62,576 bases of DNA from Candidatus Micrarchaeota archaeon (GTDB taxonomy: Archaea > Micrarchaeota > Micrarchaeia > Anstonellales > SKW190). The notes beneath the pieces were generated by a model. The model saw only the letters and a program-made list of their open reading frames with translations. It was not told where the DNA came from and ran no database searches. Location: the NCBI GenBank assembly GCA_026414265.1, contig JAOAJI010000002.1, positions 1 through 62,576 of the forward strand. The letters are read 5' to 3'. The position numbers were made by a program, and so were the translations under genes. This document shows positions 45,413 to 53,623 of the stretch, in pieces (the first letter of the stretch is position 1; every line of letters starts with the position of its first letter).

Positions 45413-48085
45413 TTGGTATTTAAAAGTATAAAGGTGTGGTGTTTGTCATTTAAGAATTTCTTCCACAAAAATCCACGGCAAAAGCCTTCAGAGGAATACA
45501 ATCAAAATAATTTTTCTAAAAATAGCCCATTGATTGAAAATAGCTTTCAGTCTTTCTTTTTGAATAATAAAGGAATTAATTACTATAATATTCCATTGGC
45601 TTATCTTAGAGCCACCAGAGCTTACCTAATCTCTCTAATATCTGAGCGGATGTTAAATCAGGAAGGCAAAAAACAAAAAGTGAGAATTATTTTACCTTAT
45701 TCATGTTTAATTCATTCAAATACGAATAATATGAATTTTGCAGTTTTAAGTTACTCAAAATTGGATAAAAGATTACAAGACTTTGTTAGAAGATTTTGTG
45801 AAAAAGTAAATACAGTTGTAGATGATGCATTCAGATTTTCTTATCGTGCTTTCACATCTGATAATTTAAGAGTTATTTATTATTCAAGTAAAGCACCAGA
45901 ATCAATAGCAAACCTATATTATAAAAGGTTTGGATTGGGAAATTTCATATTCAGAAATTATTTGTCTGTTCCGACTTTGATCTCTGAAGTTACAAGAAAA
46001 CGAACAAAAGTCATCAGACGATTTAAGAAAAAAACTCATGACCTTTTTACCTATTATTATAGAGACAATACTTATATCTATTCACATAATAATGCAGTAA
46101 AGTCTTTCAGAGAGAATGATAGATATACCAAAATAAAAAAAATAATGAAAGAATATAATCAAGTACTTGAGGAATTCAATAGGCATTATGACAGAATAAA
46201 TCAAAGGTTTTCTGAATTTTTCTCTGAAAATAAGGTCTCAACGAGAAGTTTCATGCTTAGTTTTATGAATTCTTTGTTTAATGATAGTGGAACAACTAAT
46301 ACTTGTGTCAATCAAGAAAAGCTGAAAAAACTGAAGAGATATTTAAAAAGCAGTATTTTTGTGTTATCTGAATACTTACTTTCATATAGAGACATACTAA
46401 TAGACAACCCTTATGAAATGTGCTTTTCAATAGCATATATCCTATTTACAGAAAAAAAGAGATTAGAAATGAGTAATAACAATAACTTGAGTGAAGACTC
46501 AAAAAAGAAACTAACAGAACGAATCGATAATATAATACGCAATTTCGGTTTTTTATTTGAAAAAGCAGATAACAACATTATAAATACTAATAGTAGTACT
46601 AATCGAACGTTAGCTGTGATTTATTACGATTATCTAGAAGAAATACAGGAGTTTGAAAAAAAAGTACCATTTCTTTTTGATTCGAATTTTTATAGAAATA
46701 TTAAATCAGACGATAATATATTTGTGCGCATAATAAATCTTAAAACAGAGATGGAGAGGAAAATAGATGATATTTACAGAGAAGTATTGGCATATTCAAA
46801 TACATTAAAAGATCTTAACATAAGTGAGTTTGACCAAGAACTTGTTACTATAAATTCAATATTTTATCATCTAAAACATACTTTTTTTTATACTAGTAGC
46901 GATCATGTAAGAATGGTCATTGACTTAGTTGATAGGGGTAAGATAACAGCCTTTATTAGGGGCGTGATGAATGGTTCTAAAACAGACTCGCCTAATTCTA
47001 TTTTGGAGAATGCAGAAAGAGAATTGGTTGAAGCGCTGAAAATGAGCGATGAAGAAGTTAAATGTTTTGATAAATTCAGTTCACTTTTAAGAGATAGCAT
47101 AACTGAAGAAGAGAGAATTTTCTCAACGTTGAACCAGTATAAGCAAAGCATATTCAAAGAGGTATTAAGTATAAATGAAGAAGAATTTCAAATAATAAAG
47201 GAAATGTTACTATTGCAGTTAATGATTACGACGACTCACGGATATTATAAATCACAGATTCCAATGAAAATGGACCTTGATTCATTTATATACAATCCGT
47301 ATTTGGCGTCAATGCTGATTTTAATAAAAGCATCCTTTATACCTCTTTATAATCAACGATCTTCTGCGATTGATAATGTTATTGGTAGATTAGATGGTTT
47401 TACTAGGGTAGTTAACGAAGAACTATCAAAGTATTTTTCTCATGTACATTTACCATTATCACAACCTTTTTTTGCATATGACAACGGAGTACCAATAAGT
47501 GAGATGACATATCTTAAAGGTAATATAACTAAACCACAAAGAAGACAAAGATCAAATTCAGCAGATGTATCTTCACAAGAAATATCTAATGATGAGCTTG
47601 TATGCTTTGTTGATTTAAGTGCTATTAAGAGTTATTCTAGTGATGGAGAGAAAGAAGATTCTATAGTAGGGATTGTAATAGGTGACAGCGTTTATTTTTC
47701 AAAGAGTAGAGATAAACAGTTGTTTTATACTTTTGCCGATGTTAAAGAGAGTGTAGAGTCATCAACTGTAAATGAGGAAGTTTCTGATGCACTAAGATTA
47801 TTTGTTATAAGTAATGATCTTTACAAATATTTATCGGAAATTAAAATTGTACGTGATTCAGAAGAATACAAAAAGTTAGTAAGAGACTACATAGATGCTC
47901 ACAGGCAGAGATACATAAATGGTTACATAGTTGTGGATTCAACTGCTAAGCACGTCAAACCTGCAATTTTACAAGGAACTTCGTATTCTCCTAACAAATC
48001 TAAAGAACAAATTCTTGGAGTGTTTTATTCTAACATAATAGCATCTTCATTAATCTACCAGCAACTTAATTCCAATAGTGATTAG
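45413..48085 (+). CDS. large cytoplasmic ORFan (about 880-890 aa), no recognisable domain
   Basis: Uninterrupted 2.67-kb ORF rich in N/K/Y/F/S, with no TM helix or signal peptide. The probable true start is TTG 45443, after the SD. The stop overlaps the convergent thyX-like gene by 4 nt. Confidence 0.55.
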   Translation: MVFKSIKVWCLSFKNFFHKNPRQKPSEEYNQNNFSKNSPLIENSFQSFFLNNKGINYYNIPLAYLRATRAYLISLISERMLNQEGKKQKVRIILPYSCLIHSNTNNMNFAVLSYSKLDKRLQDFVRRFCEKVNTVVDDAFRFSYRAFTSDNLRVIYYSSKAPESIANLYYKRFGLGNFIFRNYLSVPTLISEVTRKRTKVIRRFKKKTHDLFTYYYRDNTYIYSHNNAVKSFRENDRYTKIKKIMKEYNQVLEEFNRHYDRINQRFSEFFSENKVSTRSFMLSFMNSLFNDSGTTNTCVNQEKLKKLKRYLKSSIFVLSEYLLSYRDILIDNPYEMCFSIAYILFTEKKRLEMSNNNNLSEDSKKKLTERIDNIIRNFGFLFEKADNNIINTNSSTNRTLAVIYYDYLEEIQEFEKKVPFLFDSNFYRNIKSDDNIFVRIINLKTEMERKIDDIYREVLAYSNTLKDLNISEFDQELVTINSIFYHLKHTFFYTSSDHVRMVIDLVDRGKITAFIRGVMNGSKTDSPNSILENAERELVEALKMSDEEVKCFDKFSSLLRDSITEEERIFSTLNQYKQSIFKEVLSINEEEFQIIKEMLLLQLMITTTHGYYKSQIPMKMDLDSFIYNPYLASMLILIKASFIPLYNQRSSAIDNVIGRLDGFTRVVNEELSKYFSHVHLPLSQPFFAYDNGVPISEMTYLKGNITKPQRRQRSNSADVSSQEISNDELVCFVDLSAIKSYSSDGEKEDSIVGIVIGDSVYFSKSRDKQLFYTFADVKESVESSTVNEEVSDALRLFVISNDLYKYLSEIKIVRDSEEYKKLVRDYIDAHRQRYINGYIVVDSTAKHVKPAILQGTSYSPNKSKEQILGVFYSNIIASSLIYQQLNSNSD

Positions 48086-49617
48086 AACGGTCTTTTTACT
48101 TTAGGCCAGTTAAGCCATACTTTTATTCCGCACCACCTATTCCCTTCTGTGCATGGGCCTATCAAAGGATCGTTTTCAACCAAACCGTTTCTTATTACAC
48201 AAGGAGGTCCAAAGTAATTTCTAAGTTTTTTATTTATGTTTCCTAATTGATCAATTTCTTCCATGCACATTTCATAGATCTCGTGTTGTGCATTGAAACA
48301 AGTTCTTAATTTGTATTTATGAAAAAGGTTTAGTAAAGAACTTGTTTCAGTGAATCTAATTGAAACTGAATTAGGCAACAAATAAGCTGATATGTCTTTT
48401 GAAACTCCATCATCTTCAATTTCGTTTTTTATTTCCCACAAAGTCTCCATAGTTTCTATATAGATATTCAACGAATCGCTTTCTTCAATGAATTTAGGTA
48501 TTATGTAATCAGGTTTTTTTGAATTTATCATCTCTATTGCAGGTTTACTGCCATAGCTAAATCTGTGTCTTTGGTTTTGTGAATCGCAAGTGTGACTTAT
48601 TTTTTTCTTGAATGTTACGTTAACGTGGTTAAGTGCTTGCATCAAAGGACTGTGCATAGAAACATTAAGTGTAGATAACAAATACAGATTATTTTTTGGA
48701 TTAAGTAGTAGATCTAACACTTCTTCTGATGGTATGTTGATTCCAAATTGTTCTTTCAAAACTTCAATTAAGGTTTCTTCTAAATTAGCTGTGCAAGATA
48801 CTAGTTTAGAATATTTGTAAGGCTTTAGATTTTGGTCAAATTTTTGATTAAAATTATTTATGTCTATTTGATTGTATTGCATTTTCAAATTTGTCTCAGG
48901 CAAAGCTCCTTTTTCATAAGTAAATTCATCGCATATTCGTTCAAAATTTGGATCTACTTTTTTAACCTCCTCTATCATTTTTCCTACTACTATTTTCGCT
49001 TCTTCGTCGCAGTTGGAAATATTTAACATTCTTTTGTATCTTAATAGAACTAATCCAGATATGGTATGATATAGATTAGTGAATGCACAAACAGGTAACA
49101 CATACCTTGCATTTTCAAGTGCCTTTTTTTCTAAGTCTGATAAAATCGTTTTCTCTTTCCACTGCTTGATTTTTCCTAAGGCAAAAGCTATCTGCTCTTT
49201 TTCTTTTTTCAGTACTTCAGTGATTTTTATGTAATTATCCCAAGCTATAGAAATTGCTTTGTTGAATTTTTCTTTCTGTTTTTCAGAAAGAGATGACGGT
49301 ATGTAAAAACTATCTTTACCTAAAAGATTGTATCTCTGGGATGTTTGTTCAGAGTTGTAATATGGATGATTGTGCAAGAAACTCCAGACAAACTGTCTAC
49401 TTACATTTGATATGGCAAATGTAAAGTAAGTATGTTGAAATGGTGTATGGTGACCTGATTCATATATATTTTTTCCTATTCTGAGAATTGTTTCTTCTTT
49501 AACTTCTTCAGGCAGAACAATTTTTGAAGAATAACAAGTCCTTGCTGAGGCTACGGAAACATCTGATAGTTTGTTGGACGCATTTATTAGTTTAACATCT
49601 ATGTTCAAGTTTATCAT
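48082..49617 (-). CDS. thyX: tandem-duplicated (fused) ThyX-type flavin-dependent thymidylate synthase
   Basis: Half 1: GHHTPFQHTYFTFAISNVSRQ...HNHPYYNSEQTSQRY. Half 2: MHSPLMQALNHVNVTFKKKISHTCDSQNQRHRFSYG. These are two ThyX-like cores in a single 511-aa chain. Confidence 0.7.
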   Translation of the reverse strand: MINLNIDVKLINASNKLSDVSVASARTCYSSKIVLPEEVKEETILRIGKNIYESGHHTPFQHTYFTFAISNVSRQFVWSFLHNHPYYNSEQTSQRYNLLGKDSFYIPSSLSEKQKEKFNKAISIAWDNYIKITEVLKKEKEQIAFALGKIKQWKEKTILSDLEKKALENARYVLPVCAFTNLYHTISGLVLLRYKRMLNISNCDEEAKIVVGKMIEEVKKVDPNFERICDEFTYEKGALPETNLKMQYNQIDINNFNQKFDQNLKPYKYSKLVSCTANLEETLIEVLKEQFGINIPSEEVLDLLLNPKNNLYLLSTLNVSMHSPLMQALNHVNVTFKKKISHTCDSQNQRHRFSYGSKPAIEMINSKKPDYIIPKFIEESDSLNIYIETMETLWEIKNEIEDDGVSKDISAYLLPNSVSIRFTETSSLLNLFHKYKLRTCFNAQHEIYEMCMEEIDQLGNINKKLRNYFGPPCVIRNGLVENDPLIGPCTEGNRWCGIKVWLNWPKVKRPF

Positions 49618-49621
49618 CTAG

Positions 49622-49888
49622 TTAGATGATTTTTTTGTTGTTGGTCACATCAACAATATGGATGACGTTAACAGGGCAAACATCAGCTGATTGCTTTAAA
49701 TCGTTGTATTCTCCTTCTTCAAAGTCTTTGACTATCCAGCCATCTGAATCCCTTTTGGTTCCTTCATGGAGGTCTGATTTACCATCAGCATTCATAGACC
49801 AATGTTTTGGGCAGACAGATGCGCAAGCTGCACATCCGATACAGTTTTCTCTGTCGTGTTCAACTCTGTATTTTGGCATGTCAATCAC
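49622..49888 (-). CDS. small 4Fe-4S ferredoxin
   Basis: CIGCAACASVCP ... CPVNVI cluster ligands. 88 aa. Lies 4 nt upstream of the thyX-like gene. Confidence 0.8.
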   Translation of the reverse strand: MIDMPKYRVEHDRENCIGCAACASVCPKHWSMNADGKSDLHEGTKRDSDGWIVKDFEEGEYNDLKQSADVCPVNVIHIVDVTNNKKII

Positions 49889-49978
49889 CTTAATTCATAA
49901 AGGAACTGAAAAGTTTATAACGATTATAATTTTTATATTGGTTTTTTACGTTGGGTTTTTAAATAATTTAACAGGTAT

Positions 49979-50542
49979 ATGTGTTATGTGTGGACAACAA
50001 GAAATAGACAAGCCAGTTGTAATGATATAAAACCTAGCTTACGTGATCATAATTTAATTAGTCGTACTGTACCAAAAAGAGCTTTTGATCTTTATTCTTC
50101 TTTCGTGGAAAAAAAGGAAAGATTAATTAAATTCATGCTTTCTAGTAGTGGTAATTCTATTTCTAAAGAAATAGCAGAGAAAATATTTGATGCAATTTTG
50201 GAATATTCAAGGCTAAGAAGATTGGATCCATTTTTGATAACAGCAATTGTTTGGAAGGAATCTGAGTTTAAGCCATTTGCAATTAAGGATACTTTTACAG
50301 GTTTGATGCAAATCAGTTACAGAGTTCATAGACTCGCACTACGTAATGCTGGAATTGAAACATAAAGAGAACTTTTTGACATAACCAAAAATATCTCTTA
50401 TGGCACAGCTATGGTGTCTGATGCGCTTAGACGCTCTAAGGGAGATGTAAAGCTTGCTTTAATGATGTACAATGGAGGAGAAGACAAACTTAAATACGCT
50501 CAGGAGGTATTGAGAAGAAGAAATATTCTTTATAACATATGA
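49979..50542 (+). pseudogene. SLT-domain lytic transglycosylase, copy 1, interrupted by an in-frame TAA at 50363-50365
   Basis: WKESEF and GLMQIS lie upstream of the stop. In-frame translation downstream gives RELFDITKNISYGTAMVSDAL...LALMMYNGGEDKLKYAQEVL, the third SLT motif. The frame ends at TGA 50540-50542, in an ATGA overlap with copy 2. Confidence 0.7.
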
Positions 50543-51363
50543 CAAAGCATATAAATGTAAAAAGTGAAAATAAATTGAAGCACATGGCTGAAGCACAAAG
50601 AGCGCAAGATGCTTTAGATCATTCTGAACTTATTAACAAATATAATTCATTAAGGACTCAATTTCCTGATTTGATTATTTTGAACTTAACTGATTCTTCT
50701 AACAATCAAAGAATAGTCTTTTATTCACAATCAAAAAATCAAATAATTGATCCTTCTAGAGAAAAAGAAAACACATACTCACCCATTAGTTTTTACAATA
50801 CTTTTAAATACGAATACAAGCAATATGGATCAATTCATGATGGTAAAATTGTTTTTGGAGCTAAAGTAAAAGCAAATGTTCTTTCTCAGATTCCTAGAAA
50901 AATTACTTCTAGCAGAGACATGATCGTTAATGAAATCTTGCGATTCAATCGCCAGAGAGGCATAGTACCTATTGACAGAGAAACAGCAGAGAAGATTTTA
51001 GAGGTTGCTGAAAAATGGGCAAAAGTAAGAAAATTAGATTTAGCACTTGTATTAGCAGTAATTTGGCAAGAATCCGGTTTTTCTGTTAATGTAAAAAGTG
51101 GCAGAGGAAACAGCGAATGCTTCGGCTTGATGCAAGTAAACGAGAGAAATTACAATGGAAAATCTTCAGATCTTTATGACATAGAAAGAAACATAGAGTT
51201 GGGTACTTTAATCTTAGCTGAGAACAAAAAAAGATATGGTTTGAGGAATGGTTTAGCAGCATACAATGGGGGACCTAAAGGAATAAGATTTAAGATTTGT
51301 CAGAAATATGCTTCTGACGTTCTTGAAAAATATGATGTTATGAGGAAACTATTGGAATCTTAA
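50539..51363 (+). CDS. SLT-domain lytic transglycosylase, copy 2 (intact), with an N-terminal domain of about 110 aa of unknown function
   Basis: LVLAVIWQESGFS, GLMQVN and AAYNGGP motifs. There is no N-terminal hydrophobic segment. Confidence 0.8.
   Translation: MTKHINVKSENKLKHMAEAQRAQDALDHSELINKYNSLRTQFPDLIILNLTDSSNNQRIVFYSQSKNQIIDPSREKENTYSPISFYNTFKYEYKQYGSIHDGKIVFGAKVKANVLSQIPRKITSSRDMIVNEILRFNRQRGIVPIDRETAEKILEVAEKWAKVRKLDLALVLAVIWQESGFSVNVKSGRGNSECFGLMQVNERNYNGKSSDLYDIERNIELGTLILAENKKRYGLRNGLAAYNGGPKGIRFKICQKYASDVLEKYDVMRKLLES
51049..51074 (+). repeat. 26-nt segment identical to 51948-51973 (SLT catalytic-motif region, copy 2)
   Basis: GTATTAGCAGTAATTTGGCAAGAATC was read directly in both copies. 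Confidence 0.85.
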
Positions 51364-51371
51364 TCTTAAGA

Positions 51372-52274
51372 ATGGATGGTGTATGTATGGAAAGTAACTT
51401 GATTACAGAGAGAAAGGTTTCTGGTCTTTCTGATGCGGAGCTTATCTCTGCTTATCATAAATTTAGGAACGAGTATAAAGACTTGCAAATAGTCAAACTA
51501 ATAAACAAAAATACAAATCAAAGTAAAGTCGTTTTTTATTCTCTTCATAATGGAATTTTTATAGATCCGGTAGATGGAAAACTCTATAAGCCAATAGATT
51601 TCATCAGAAATGCGCTTAGTTATACACACAAACAAGTTGGGTGAATAAACGAGACAAATACACAAATAAAATTCGAACCAGAGAATCCTTTAAGAAGCAC
51701 TTTGAGCTTAAGTGTAGTACCACGTAAGAGAGTGCGTGTACCTAAAAAAATTCATCATGTAACTTTCAGACTTCAAGAAATAGATAAGGTATTCGATCTA
51801 ATTGAACAAAACCGTGAAAAACTGATTAACGGAGTTCTTCTTTTTAATAAGGAAAGGGGTAAAATCCCTATTACTAAGCAAGAGGCAGAAGAGATTCTCA
51901 AGCAAGTGCTTGCATATTCTAAGAGCAGAAATCTAGATCCTGTTCTAGTATTAGCAGTAATTTGGCAAGAATCTGGCTTCTCACCAAAGGTAAGGAATGG
52001 TCCCAACTATGGTTTAATGCAAATTAACAGACCTGCTCATTTGAGAAATCTCATAGCAGCAGGGATAAAGACTAAACAAGAATTGCTTGATATCGCTAAT
52101 AACGTTTCTTTTGGAACTGCAATTTTGGATGATTGTTTACATAGGTATGGATTGAGAGATGGTATAGCTGCATATAACGGCGGACCTAAAAAGAGACATT
52201 ACGAGAGTACACAAAATTATGCAAAAGAAGTTATGATGAGATACCATACAATGATTGACATATTGTCTCATTAG
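51372..52274 (+). pseudogene. SLT-domain lytic transglycosylase, copy 3, interrupted by an in-frame TGA at 51642-51644
   Basis: The ORF-track pieces 51372-51644 and 51702-52274 are in the same frame, with no other stop between them. Together they align end to end with copy 2, and the TGA corresponds to TCA (Ser) in copy 2. LVLAVIWQESGFS, GLMQIN and AAYNGGP are all retained. Confidence 0.7.
51948..51973 (+). repeat. 26-nt segment identical to 51049-51074 (SLT catalytic-motif region, copy 3)
   Basis: GTATTAGCAGTAATTTGGCAAGAATC was read directly in both copies. Confidence 0.85.
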
Positions 52275-52331
52275 TCATAGTTGTCGGTTATCGCCGTATT
52301 TATATAGCATTTTTAACATAATAAATAATAG

Positions 52332-53423
52332 ATGAATTTTAAAAGTAAGTATCTTAACTTGCAGTCAAACAAAAATAATATTAAATGCTCTGCTTGTAGT
52401 TCTTCATTATACACACCTCAACATGAGAATTCTCTTATTATGAAGCATGTAGACAAAAACTTTTTTTTAAAAGAAAACATATCTATTGTTCTTGATCAAG
52501 TCTTCAATTTTAATTTTAGGTTAACGAACAAACAAAGATTGACTAGGACTAAATTATTAAGCGGAGACAATCTAGAAATTTCTTGTGATTACTTACTTCG
52601 TTATGATTTTAACTTAAACAAAATACGCGTTTTAGGTAGAAATTCAAGAAACGGACTTGTTATTGCTTTCATTTTAGATGATGAACTAAAAATAAAAGCA
52701 ATTAGGCGTTATGATTGTCACAAATTTAGTGAATATGAACATTGTTTAGATGCATTGCAGGATCTTTGTCATGTTGGTATACTAAAAAAAGATTTGTTCA
52801 AGATGCTTGGTATTACTGAGTGGGAATTAAACTATTCAAAGAACCTTGTATTATATGAGCAAAGATTATTAAGTGAAATAGAAGAATTAAACAAAGTTGG
52901 TCCAGGTATCTCTAAATTGGCTTCAATTTTGTTAGTGAAGGATCAGAAGCCATTTATTGTTCTTCAAGGTATGGGCGTGATACTAGATATCAATAACGAT
53001 ATTTACGACGGTCTTTATACGTTTGATGCTTGTCCTTGTTTGATTTTGATTGTCAAAGCATTTGATCGTTCTGGTGACCTCAAAAAAATAGGCTTAGCTC
53101 ACATAGATTCATTGGTTACAGAAGATGACATTTTGCTTTTTCTTAACAGATTATCTAATTATAATCTGGAGTTTTCGATTATTAGTGGAGAAGTGAACAG
53201 AGTACTGTTAGTATATAAAATCCTCAAGCAAAAAGGCTACTCAGACAGTATCAGGTTTTTTGATGCTGATCTTGACGGTTCGAGAAGTGATGCAATTTAC
53301 TTGGACAAAGAAGGTACTGTTTATTATGGGGACAATTATTCATGGAACATGGAAGTCGATCTAACAAAAGTAGTTTCTCCTGGTTTAAACACAGGACTAA
53401 AAATCATCGAAATAAAAAATTGA
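52332..53423 (+). CDS. ORFan with an N-terminal CxxC and a C-terminal half resembling a CheD-like Cys-His (deamidase) fold
   Basis: 363 aa. ACPCLILIVKAFDRSGDLKKIGLAHID compares with CheD GSCVAVCMRDPVAKVGAMAHVMLP. IISGEVN and DLDGSRSDAIYLDKEGTV compare with CheD IAGGAS and DTGGNRARSVEYNIETGK, recalled from memory. Confidence 0.4.
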   Translation: MNFKSKYLNLQSNKNNIKCSACSSSLYTPQHENSLIMKHVDKNFFLKENISIVLDQVFNFNFRLTNKQRLTRTKLLSGDNLEISCDYLLRYDFNLNKIRVLGRNSRNGLVIAFILDDELKIKAIRRYDCHKFSEYEHCLDALQDLCHVGILKKDLFKMLGITEWELNYSKNLVLYEQRLLSEIEELNKVGPGISKLASILLVKDQKPFIVLQGMGVILDINNDIYDGLYTFDACPCLILIVKAFDRSGDLKKIGLAHIDSLVTEDDILLFLNRLSNYNLEFSIISGEVNRVLLVYKILKQKGYSDSIRFFDADLDGSRSDAIYLDKEGTVYYGDNYSWNMEVDLTKVVSPGLNTGLKIIEIKN

Positions 53424-53465
53424 AATAACTGTCTATTAAATTTAAATAAAAGAAAAATAAAAGAA

Positions 53466-53538
53466 CGCCTTGTCCGGGATTCGAACCCGGGTCGCCGGCT
53501 CGACAGGCCGAAATGCTAGACCACTACACCAACAAGGC
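53466..53538 (-). tRNA. tRNA-Asp (anticodon GUC)
   Basis: Hand fold: GCCTTGT/ACAAGGC acceptor, TCGGC-CTGTCGA-GCCGG anticodon arm, CCGGG-TTCGAAT-CCCGG T arm, discriminator G. Confidence 0.9.
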
Positions 53539-53623
53539 AAAAATTATATCATACAAGTAATTCTGATTCTAAATTTTATTCTAATAATAGAAGAATTTAT
53601 AAATATGTTTAGCGCTTTTTTTA

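Noticed and set aside
49626-50030. 134-aa plus-strand ORF covering the ferredoxin gene and the following intergenic region
   Set aside because: It is antisense to a ferredoxin with intact Cys ligands. It would also run over the promoter region of the SLT array and has no homology features.
51642-51644. Possibility that TGA (or TAA) is a sense codon in this organism (alternative genetic code), which would explain the interrupted SLT genes
   Set aside because: TGA ends well-conserved genes at their expected lengths: dcd at 1303, the Zn-ribbon gene at 1834, the cupredoxin gene at 9836 and idsA at 45378-45380. TAA and TAG end most others. Global recoding is not supported, and only local readthrough or pseudogenisation remains possible.
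53424-53623. tRNA-Asp flank as the att site of a genomic island carrying the SLT/CheD-like genes
   Set aside because: No integrase or recombinase gene, and no visible direct repeat of the tRNA 3' half at the other side (about 49.9 kb). Composition is not obviously different from the flanks. The idea is kept only as a weak contextual remark in the findings.
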